A stretch of DNA of 24,000 bases from contig CAXXDR010000001.1 in the NCBI GenBank assembly GCA_963665885.2, positions 32,049 to 56,048 of the forward strand, read 5' to 3'. Origin of the DNA: Bacteroidales bacterium (lineage in GTDB: Bacteria > Bacteroidota > Bacteroidia > Bacteroidales > JALOCA01). Positions within the stretch are counted from its first letter, which is position 1. Each line of letters opens with the position of its first letter. The notes below the pieces were generated by a model. It did no database searches. It saw only the letters and a program-made list of their open reading frames with translations, and was not told the origin of the DNA. A program made the position numbers and the translations under genes. Of the stretch, positions 7,377 to 15,024 are shown in pieces.

Positions 7377-7620
7377 TCCCGGGCGGTGCAAAGCTTCTCC
7401 GGGGCATTGTTTTGCCAAAACATATTTCCCGGAATTGCATCGAAACGTCCCGAAATGGCTTCGTAAAATTCCGGCGGTGTATTGTAATATCCCGGTGATG
7501 CTTCGTAATAATCCGGCAAAGCTTCGTAAAGTTCCGGCAGTGTATTGCAATAGTCCGGCGGCGCTTCGTAATAATCCGGAACCGTTTTGCAATAGCCCGG
7601 CGGCGCTTCGCAGAGCGCCA
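7377..7620. repeat. Array of 21-bp direct repeats: nine exactly phased units at 7428-7616 plus about two looser leading units. Two sequence subtypes occur, gcttcgtaa and gtattgYaata.
   Basis: The units read cccggaattgcatcgaaacgt / cccgaaatggcttcgtaaaat / tccggcggtgtattgtaatat / cccggtgatgcttcgtaataa / tccggcaaagcttcgtaaagt / tccggcagtgtattgcaatag / tccggcggcgcttcgtaataa / tccggaaccgttttgcaatag / cccggcggcgcttcgcagagc. The CCGG (CCGA in one unit) core recurs every 21 bp from 7429 to 7597. Confidence 0.9.
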
Positions 7621-7817
7621 ATGCCGTTTCGCAACTGTATGGCATCGTGCCGGAAGCATCTTTACTTATTTTGTAATATTATTACAACCTCTTATTCAAC
7701 ATCTTAAAATAAAATCAAAAAAAAATTAAAAAAAAGTTACATTTTTTTAACAAAATGTGTAATTATTTCGTACTTTTATAACGGAAAAAATTAGTTATCC
7801 ATTTAACCGTTTTTATC

Positions 7818-8747
7818 ATGGCAATTAGAAATTATCATTTCACCGACGGCGTTCTGTCGTTAGAGGCTGATAAAAAAGCCTTTCTTGCCGAACGCGACCT
7901 TAGCGAACTGGCGTCGTATAATTACAGCCAGCAAAAACTTGACGCTTTTAAACAAAAAGCCGCATTATTTAACAACCTGCCTTCCGACGATTACTGGGAA
8001 GGACTTAAAGTGGAAAAAACCGAAGAAAAAAACAAGGGAAGGGTAAATCTTGCCTCACCCATCAACGAAATCCGGAACCGGATACGTATGGTTTTCGGAG
8101 AATCTTCGGCTGTGTACCGTAACCTGCATGTGGGCGATTATTCCAAAATTTCCGATACGGAAATTCAGGACATGGCGCTACGCATAGTGATGACTGCGAG
8201 GGATAAGAAAATTCAATTAACGGAAGTAGGACTTACCGATGCGATGATTACCCGTCTGGAAACCCAGTCGGCTATCTTTAACGACATGCTCACCTCTCAA
8301 AAAGTATTTGAGATGCAGCGTGCCGAAGAAACCGAAAAACGCATTATTGCCGGCAACGAATTGTATACATTGCTGATCGAAATTTGCGAGATTGGTAAAA
8401 ACGTCTGGCTTGGAAGAGATGAAGCCAAATATAACGAATATCTGTTGTACCCGGGAGAAGCCGGCAATCGTGAACAAGTTTCGGGAACGGGTAATATCAC
8501 CGGGCTGGTTACCGATTTTGCAAGCGGCAATCCTTTAACCGGAGTAACGATATCGGTAATAATAAATGAAACCGCCCTTACCACCACTACGGATGAGCAG
8601 GGCGAATATGCTTTGGCTGAAATACCGGTAGGGCTTTATTCCGTTACAGCAACCATGACCGGCTATGCCGTTGCCACCCAGAATAATGTAGAAGTAAGCG
8701 AAGATGAAGATATACCCTGTGACTTTCAACTAAAAATACCAAAATAG
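7818..8747 (+). CDS. Hypothetical protein with an unrecognised ~220-aa mostly helical N-terminal region and a C-terminal carboxypeptidase-regulatory-like (CarboxypepD_reg) beta-sandwich domain. No signal peptide.
   Basis: This is a 309-aa ORF. The C-terminus GNITGLVTDFASGNPLTGVTISVIINETALTTTTDEQGEYALAEIPVGLYSVTATMTGYAVATQNNVEVSEDED fits the G.V.D..G.P..GA.V......T.TD..G.F....P.G.Y.L.....GY pattern of CarboxypepD_reg domains. An in-frame TAA at 7779-7781 excludes an N-terminal extension. Confidence 0.7.
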   Translation: MAIRNYHFTDGVLSLEADKKAFLAERDLSELASYNYSQQKLDAFKQKAALFNNLPSDDYWEGLKVEKTEEKNKGRVNLASPINEIRNRIRMVFGESSAVYRNLHVGDYSKISDTEIQDMALRIVMTARDKKIQLTEVGLTDAMITRLETQSAIFNDMLTSQKVFEMQRAEETEKRIIAGNELYTLLIEICEIGKNVWLGRDEAKYNEYLLYPGEAGNREQVSGTGNITGLVTDFASGNPLTGVTISVIINETALTTTTDEQGEYALAEIPVGLYSVTATMTGYAVATQNNVEVSEDEDIPCDFQLKIPK

Positions 8748-8901
8748 CCGGGAGCCGGAAGAGAAGCTAAATTTTTGTCATAATGAACGTTTTTTTTAGT
8801 AGTGGATTAATAATTAAATAACCCTGCTTAGCTTCCGGCTCCGGGTCTGTTTGGTTTTCGGCAACAGTCCCTGTTTCCATAATTTAGGTTTTTTAGGTTA
8901 G

Positions 8902-8936
8902 CAAGCGCGTCCCTGAAAAGATGCGCTTGTTTTTTT
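8902..8936 (+). terminator. Rho-independent terminator downstream of the 309-aa gene
   Basis: The stem caagcgcgtc (8902-8911) pairs with gatgcgcttg (8920-8929), 10 bp including one G-U. The loop is cctgaaaa and a T7 run follows at 8930-8936. Confidence 0.7.
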
Positions 8937-8992
8937 AATGGCTTGAATTCATTAAAATTTACAGGCAATGCCGAAACAAATGGGATTTTATG

Positions 8993-9000
8993 TAAATTTG
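8993..9000 (+). promoter_or_regulatory. Bacteroidota -7 promoter box (TAAATTTG) for the toxin-antitoxin operon
   Basis: An exact TAnnTTTG match lies at 8993-9000, 15 nt upstream of the internal ATG at 9016 and downstream of the ORF-track ATG at 8968. Confidence 0.5.
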
Positions 9001-9015
9001 TTAAAAATTTTAGTC

Positions 9016-9201
9016 ATGACAGGCATTCAATATATCACCGATGAAAAAGGCAATAAGCAATCCATCATCATCGACCTAAAGAAATGGGGCGAGTATGTAG
9101 AAGATTTCCTTGATGCCATTGAAGCTAAACAACGTAAGGATGAGGAATCGGAATCGTATTCCAGCGTAAGAGAAAAAATCCTTAACAAGAAAACTGCATA
9201 A
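9016..9201 (+). CDS. Type II antitoxin partner of the RelE/ParE toxin. The track ORF is 8968..9201. The likely true start is the ATG at 9016, giving 61 aa.
   Basis: This small acidic protein, MTGIQYITDEKGNKQSIIIDLKKWGEYVEDFLDAIEAKQRKDEESESY..., sits directly upstream of the toxin. Its stop overlaps the toxin start (TAATG at 9199-9203). The -7 box at 8993-9000 lies inside the longer ORF, which favours the 9016 start. Confidence 0.7.
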   Translation: MTGIQYITDEKGNKQSIIIDLKKWGEYVEDFLDAIEAKQRKDEESESYSSVREKILNKKTA

Positions 9202-9461
9202 TGGCTTTGTATGCTGTAAATATTAAAAAATCAGCAATCAAAGAACTACAAAAATTGCCAGAAACAGTTTTTACAGCTGTTGATGCTAAAATTTTATCTC
9301 TCGAAAACAATCCCTTCCCACAATATAGTAAAAAACTTATCGGCGAATCAAACCTTTATCGTTTACGACAAGGAAATTACCGAATTATTTATTCAGTTGA
9401 AGAAGAAAGTAAAACTATTGAGATTTTAAAAATCAAACATCGTAAAGATGTGTACAAATAA
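9201..9461 (+). CDS. RelE/ParE-family type II toxin (mRNA interferase-like)
   Basis: This is an 86-aa ORF. The motif order KKSAIKELQKLP....KILSLENNPFP...KKL.G..NLYRLRQGNYRIIYSVEEESKTIEILKIKHRKDVY is typical of RelE/ParE toxins, in particular the Y/WR.R.G.YR..Y.....I.I..I.HR..VY core. Confidence 0.85.
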   Translation: MALYAVNIKKSAIKELQKLPETVFTAVDAKILSLENNPFPQYSKKLIGESNLYRLRQGNYRIIYSVEEESKTIEILKIKHRKDVYK

Positions 9462-9566
9462 ACCACCGTTAATCCATAATCTTGAATTCGGATTATTTCT
9501 TTATTTTTACCGTCTCAATCAACAAGGGTTATGATCACGTTACCGGAATAAAGAAACCAATACATT

Positions 9567-12485
9567 ATGCAAACCCGTACCGACAAATTTTTAATCTTAA
9601 ATTTATTTTTCCTTATCTTTATGATGCTTTGCTTTGGAGCAAAAGCACAATATTACAACCTTGGACAAGACCCGGCAAGCCTGCACTGGCGACAGATAAA
9701 GACGGAACATTTCCGCATTATCTATCCCCAGAATTTTGAAAACAATGCACAGCATCTGGGCAATATGATGGAGGATGTACGCAAGCTGGAACTTACGACG
9801 CTAAAAACCGAAGCCCGCTACGCACCCATCATTCTCCATAACCAAACCATCGTTGCCAATGCCTTTACGGTATGGACTCCGCGCCGCATGGAATTCTACA
9901 CCTGTCCTCCGCAAAACTCCTACGCCCAGGATTGGATGGAACAATTAGCCATTCACGAATACCGGCATTACCTTCAGATGGATAAACTAAACGAAGGCTT
10001 TACCAAATACCTGAATTACCTTACCGGCGAACATGGAACAGCCATAGTACTCGGATTATACGTGCCCCTTTGGCTGATGGAAGGCGATGCCGTTTGCACC
10101 GAAACCCTGCTAAGCCGTTCGGGAAGAGGACGAATACCTTCGTTTGAAATGGAACTACGCTCCAACCTGTTGAACCATCGCCTGGTTTCGTACGATAAAG
10201 CCGTCTTTGGTTCTTACCGCGATTACGTTCCCGATCATTACATGATGGGATATCCCGTTACAGCCTTTGCCCGGATGAAATACGGAGCCGACGTGTGGGA
10301 TAAAACCCTTAGCACCGTTGCCCGCAAGCCTTTTATCATTACCCCGTTCAACCGCGGATTGAAAAAAAACACAGGTTTAACCAAAGTAAAACTTTACCGC
10401 CAGACGATGCTCGCCCTCGACAGCCTGTGGCAAAACCAGGAAAACAAACTGACGTTTACCCCGCTTACCGTCCTTACACACCCTAAAAAAGGATACTGGA
10501 AATACAAATTCCCGCAATTTATCAGCGACAGCCTGATATTAACCGAACGTTCGGGGCTGGACGATATAAGCCGTTTTATATTGATGGATAAATACGGTAA
10601 CGAAAAGGTGCTGTTTACTCCCGGATTCTATTCGTCCGAAAACATCTCCGTGGCACCGGTTACAGGATATCAAGCCAATAAACCCGGATCAAGCACCACC
10701 GATAATATTTCCATCGAAAAAGGAATGATAGCCTGGGCCGAAAAAATAATAGATGCCCGTTGGGCATACCGTAGCTACTCCGTGATAAAGACTTACGACA
10801 TCCATAGCCATAAAGTAAAACAGCTCACCTTCAGAAGCCGCCTGTTTGCCCCTGCCCTATCGCCCGACGCAAAGCAAATTGTCGCCGTAAGAGTGGACGA
10901 AGACAACCGCAATGCCCTTGTAATTCTCGATGCCAGCAACGGTAACGAATTAAAAGAAATCGTGGCTCCGGCCAGCGAATGCTATCTCACCCCCACATGG
11001 AATACGAACAACCGTCAGATTGTCGTGGTTGGACTTAACGCCAAAGGCAAATACCTTGCAACGATTGACCTTGACAATGGAAACGCCCGGCAGTTACTCG
11101 CCCCGGGTTTCACCGAAATAGCTAATCCCAAACCTGCCGGACATTATGTCTTTTTCGATGGCGCCTTCTCGGGAATTGATAATATTTATGCCGTGGATAC
11201 GCTAACGACAGAAGTATTCCAGGTTACCTCTGCCAAATATGGCGCTTCCATGGCCGACATCAACAGAACAAGCAATACCATCATTTACTCCGATTACTCT
11301 CCTGCGGGTTACCGTATTGCCCGTACCGAATATAATCCCGCCATCTGGAAACCATTGAAAGAGGTGAATGATAATTCCATTAAGCTATACAAATCGCTGC
11401 AAAAACAGGAAAATGGCATACTGGATAATAGCAGCAAAATGCCATCAGCTAATCTTCCTTCCGAAAAGTATAACAAAACGCTTAACCTGTTCAATTTTCA
11501 TAGCTGGGCTCCGGCTTACATTGACATTGATAACATCGACCTGAAACCCGGCATTTCGCTGATGTCCCAAAACCTGCTCAGTACCATGTTTGCAACGGCT
11601 GGCTGGGACTACGATCCCAACTGGCAAACGGGAACCTATCATGCCGACATCAGCTACCAGGGCTGGTATCCTATCGTTGATTTTAAGATAGACTATGGCG
11701 AACGGAAATCTAATGTCGAAGAACCGGTAACACACGATGTTTATAAAATAAATTATTTTGAAACCGAACTAAAAACGGCCGTCCGCCTGCCTTTGGATTT
11801 TACCACCGGCAAATTCTACCAGCACATAGAACCTCAGCTTCAGCTCACCTACACCCAGCTGGATACCCGTAAATCTTCGGAACTCAGATTTAGAAATCCC
11901 AACCTCAAAACCCTTGATTATCGTTTGTATACTTCCAACTTTATCAAATCGGGGGTAAAAGATTTATACCCGAAATGGGGACAGTCCATCGAATTCAACT
12001 ATCGCGACAACCCGTTCAATGCCGGCGAAAAATCGAGCATCTTTGCTTCTGAAGCCCAATTGTTCTTCCCGGGAATAGCCAACCACCATTCCCTATGGTT
12101 CTATGGCGGATATCAGAAAATAACCTCCGGGAACTATCTCTTCTCCGATTTTATCCGTTATCCGCGCGGCTATACCGACCAAAGCTGCACCGAGTTATAT
12201 TCCCTCAAATCGAATTACAAACTACCATTGATATACCCCGACCTTAGCTTAGGTCCTTTAGTTTATATAAAAAGGATAAAAGCAAATCTGTTTTACGATT
12301 ACGGACAAGGAACCATGAATGATCGAACTGTTTTTTACCGGAGTACCGGCGTAGAACTTACCACCGATGTCCATCTCCTGCGATTTCTGATTCCTTTCGA
12401 TCTGGGAATACGATCCACTTTCCGTCCCGATAATAATAGTCTGTCCTATGAATTCCTGTTTGCTTTTAGTATAAGCGGACTCTAA
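9567..12485 (+). CDS. Exported 972-aa multidomain protein with a signal peptide, an HExxH gluzincin-like (Peptidase_MA-like) domain, TolB/PD40-like beta-propeller repeats and an Omp85/BamA-like C-terminal beta-barrel
   Basis: The signal peptide is MQTRTDKFLILNLFFLIFMMLCFGAKA-Q. HEYRH lies at residues 130-134 (DNA 9954-9968), followed by WLMEGDA at residues ~169-175. PD40-like repeats include FAPALSPDAKQIVAVRVDEDNRNALVILDASNGNE and TPTWNTNNRQIVVVGLNAKGKYLATIDLDNGN. The C-terminal ~330 aa show alternating-hydrophobic strands with YPRGY (RGY at DNA 12165-12173), then ANLFYDYGQG, then STGVELTTDV....IPFDLGIRSTFRP. This is the same order as the BamA L6 VRGF, FxDxG and terminal-strand motifs. Confidence 0.75.
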   Translation: MQTRTDKFLILNLFFLIFMMLCFGAKAQYYNLGQDPASLHWRQIKTEHFRIIYPQNFENNAQHLGNMMEDVRKLELTTLKTEARYAPIILHNQTIVANAFTVWTPRRMEFYTCPPQNSYAQDWMEQLAIHEYRHYLQMDKLNEGFTKYLNYLTGEHGTAIVLGLYVPLWLMEGDAVCTETLLSRSGRGRIPSFEMELRSNLLNHRLVSYDKAVFGSYRDYVPDHYMMGYPVTAFARMKYGADVWDKTLSTVARKPFIITPFNRGLKKNTGLTKVKLYRQTMLALDSLWQNQENKLTFTPLTVLTHPKKGYWKYKFPQFISDSLILTERSGLDDISRFILMDKYGNEKVLFTPGFYSSENISVAPVTGYQANKPGSSTTDNISIEKGMIAWAEKIIDARWAYRSYSVIKTYDIHSHKVKQLTFRSRLFAPALSPDAKQIVAVRVDEDNRNALVILDASNGNELKEIVAPASECYLTPTWNTNNRQIVVVGLNAKGKYLATIDLDNGNARQLLAPGFTEIANPKPAGHYVFFDGAFSGIDNIYAVDTLTTEVFQVTSAKYGASMADINRTSNTIIYSDYSPAGYRIARTEYNPAIWKPLKEVNDNSIKLYKSLQKQENGILDNSSKMPSANLPSEKYNKTLNLFNFHSWAPAYIDIDNIDLKPGISLMSQNLLSTMFATAGWDYDPNWQTGTYHADISYQGWYPIVDFKIDYGERKSNVEEPVTHDVYKINYFETELKTAVRLPLDFTTGKFYQHIEPQLQLTYTQLDTRKSSELRFRNPNLKTLDYRLYTSNFIKSGVKDLYPKWGQSIEFNYRDNPFNAGEKSSIFASEAQLFFPGIANHHSLWFYGGYQKITSGNYLFSDFIRYPRGYTDQSCTELYSLKSNYKLPLIYPDLSLGPLVYIKRIKANLFYDYGQGTMNDRTVFYRSTGVELTTDVHLLRFLIPFDLGIRSTFRPDNNSLSYEFLFAFSISGL

Positions 12486-12509
12486 TGCTTCACCGATAAA
12501 TCAAAAATT

Positions 12510-12968
12510 ATGCGCAGCAAATACGTTACCAAGCCATCCGAAATAGAAGATATCCTGAACAAATGTGATGTTTGTTACGTGGGTATGGTTGACCAAAACC
12601 AGGAACCCTATGTGGTTGCACTTAATTACGGCTACCGCGATAACTGCCTTTACCTGCATTCGGCCAAAACCGGGAGAAAAATTGAAATACTGAAAACCAA
12701 TAACAAGGTATGTGTAGCCCTCAGCACCGACCATCTTCTACGTGCCCAGCACGAAGCGGTGGCTTGCAGCTATGCTATGCACTACCGGAGTGTAGTTATC
12801 CATGGTCATGTTGAATTTATTGAAGATAACGATCAAAAGATGGAAGCGCTTAACATCATCATGAAACACTATACCGGACATGAATTCAGCTACAACCTTC
12901 CGGCTGTCCGCGAAGTGGAAGTTTATAAAGTTATTATCGAAAAGATACAAGCCCGTCAGTTGGGTTAG
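12510..12968 (+). CDS. Pyridoxamine 5'-phosphate oxidase-family FMN-binding split-barrel protein (Pyridox_ox_2 / Nim-like)
   Basis: This is a 152-aa ORF. The pattern ...EIEDILNKCDVCYVGMVDQNQEPYVVALNYGYRDNCLYLHSAKTGRKIEILKTNNKVCVAL...YRSVVIHGHVEFIEDNDQKMEALNIIMKHYTG matches what I recall for this family, namely P.Y..P..y......iy.H.a..G.K...l..n..Vc... followed by ..SV...G....v.d..ek..al. It starts 24 nt after the preceding gene, so co-transcription is plausible. Confidence 0.75.
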   Translation: MRSKYVTKPSEIEDILNKCDVCYVGMVDQNQEPYVVALNYGYRDNCLYLHSAKTGRKIEILKTNNKVCVALSTDHLLRAQHEAVACSYAMHYRSVVIHGHVEFIEDNDQKMEALNIIMKHYTGHEFSYNLPAVREVEVYKVIIEKIQARQLG

Positions 12969-12994
12969 TTGATAGTTGATGGTTGATGGTTGAT
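12967..12994. repeat. Heptanucleotide microsatellite (RGTTGAT) x4 immediately after the stop codon
   Basis: The sequence reads agttgat agttgat ggttgat ggttgat across 12967-12994. Confidence 0.85.
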
Positions 12995-13024
12995 AGATAT
13001 TCGTAATTTCTCTGGAGTATTCCT

Positions 13025-13062
13025 AAAAAAAAGGCCATCCTTTGGGGACGGCCTGATTTTTT
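13025..13062. terminator. Bidirectional rho-independent terminator between the convergent PNPOx-like gene and eno
   Basis: An A8 run (13025-13032) precedes the stem ggccatcc (13033-13040) / ggacggcc (13046-13053) and a T6 run (13057-13062). On the - strand transcript the single mismatch becomes a G-U pair and the stem is followed directly by U8. Confidence 0.7.
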
Positions 13063-13078
13063 AATAAAGTTGTTTTAC

Positions 13079-14371
<1,293 letters not shown>

Positions 14372-14395
14372 TTATTTTTTTTTAAATTATTTTGA

Positions 14396-14436
14396 ATAAA
14401 AAAAGGACAAAGCATTATACACTTTATCCTTTTTAA
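14396..14436 (-). terminator. Rho-independent terminator ending the ribosomal/rpoA/rplQ transcription unit
   Basis: The - strand reads AAGGATAAAG-TGTATAATG-CTTTGTCCTT followed by T7, a 10-bp stem with one U-G. It lies 17 nt after the rplQ stop and ~30 nt before the eno ATG. Confidence 0.65.
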
Positions 14437-14452
14437 AATTAAAATTTAATAA

Positions 14453-15019
14453 CTATTCTTTTTCGGAAGTCTCAGCAGGATTAGTTTCTGTTTCTGTCGA
14501 AACATCTTCTGTTTTAACTTCTTCTGTAGCTACAACTTCTTTTTCGGTTTTTGTTTTTACTGGTTTTGGAGAAGCGGTATCATCAGAAACTTTTTTCTTG
14601 GCAGTACCTCTACGGCGTGTAGTTTTGGCTTTCTTTTCTTCTTTTGTACCCAGTAAATTTTCGTTATAATCAACTAATTCAATTATACACATTTCAGCAT
14701 TATCGCCTAAGCGGTTACCAGTTTTGAGTATACGGGTATAACCACCCGGACGATTAGCAATTTTAACGGATATATCTCTGAACAATTCACCTACAGCTTC
14801 TTTATCCTGTAAATAACTAAATACTACACGGCGTATATGGGTTGAATCATTTTTTGATTGGGTCAATAATGGTTCAATGTATGGACGCAGAGCCTTTGCT
14901 TTGGCAAGGGTTGTAGTAATACGTTTATACTTTATCAATGACGAAGCCATATTGGCTAACATTGCCTTACGGTGAGAACTTGTTCTTCCTAAATGATTTA
15001 ATTTCTTTTGGTGTCTCAT
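14453..15019 (-). CDS. rplQ: 50S ribosomal protein L17 with a K/E/T-rich C-terminal extension
   Basis: The N-terminus is [53 protein letters not shown]. The gene sits after rpoA. The last ~65 aa are low-complexity ([18 protein letters not shown]...[15 protein letters not shown]...). Confidence 0.97.
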   Translation of the reverse strand: MRHQKKLNHLGRTSSHRKAMLANMASSLIKYKRITTTLAKAKALRPYIEPLLTQSKNDSTHIRRVVFSYLQDKEAVGELFRDISVKIANRPGGYTRILKTGNRLGDNAEMCIIELVDYNENLLGTKEEKKAKTTRRRGTAKKKVSDDTASPKPVKTKTEKEVVATEEVKTEDVSTETETNPAETSEKE

Positions 15020-15024
15020 TTCAA

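Noticed and set aside
7377-7620. Possible CRISPR array
   Set aside because: The units are contiguous 21-mers with no intervening unique spacers, the repeats are too short and too divergent, and no cas genes or leader are present.
7002-7707. Four overlapping ORFs (116 aa +, 168/110/96 aa -, 90 aa +) with peptides such as LYKPYKLYKPY or PAALRNNPAKLRK
   Set aside because: Multiple frames on both strands are open only because the DNA is 9-bp and 21-bp periodic. There are no start-context, promoter or domain features. I treat the region as non-coding repeat DNA, although a homology search should confirm this.
7795-7803. DnaA-box-like TTATCCATT next to the AT-rich tract (a possible chromosomal oriC)
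   Set aside because: It is a single imperfect box. There is no cluster of boxes and no dnaA, dnaN or gidA-type neighbours. One near-match is expected by chance in AT-rich DNA.
8217-8729. - strand ORFs (86, 96 and 64 aa) inside the 309-aa gene
   Set aside because: They are antisense shadows within a longer + strand ORF that has a recognisable C-terminal domain and a downstream terminator.
8748-8845. Inverted repeats as a possible invertible promoter (phase-variation shufflon)
   Set aside because: The enclosed segment is only ~57 bp and contains no TAnnTTTG box in either orientation. No recombinase gene is nearby. An RNA-structure or scar interpretation seems more plausible.
8968-9015. The 16-codon N-terminal extension of the antitoxin ORF, and likewise the 18-codon extension of S14 (23020-23073)
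   Set aside because: For the antitoxin, the promoter box lies inside the extension. For S14, the extension would overlap the rplE 3' end and precedes the canonical [13 protein letters not shown] start.
9482-9739. A + strand 85-aa ORF overlapping the start of the 972-aa gene
   Set aside because: It lies in a different frame from the long ORF, which has a clean signal peptide starting at 9567. The 85-aa product has no features.
11309-12950. - strand ORFs at 11309..11494, 11445..11735, 12501..12734 and 12738..12950
   Set aside because: They are antisense to the 972-aa and PNPOx-like genes and show no independent signals.
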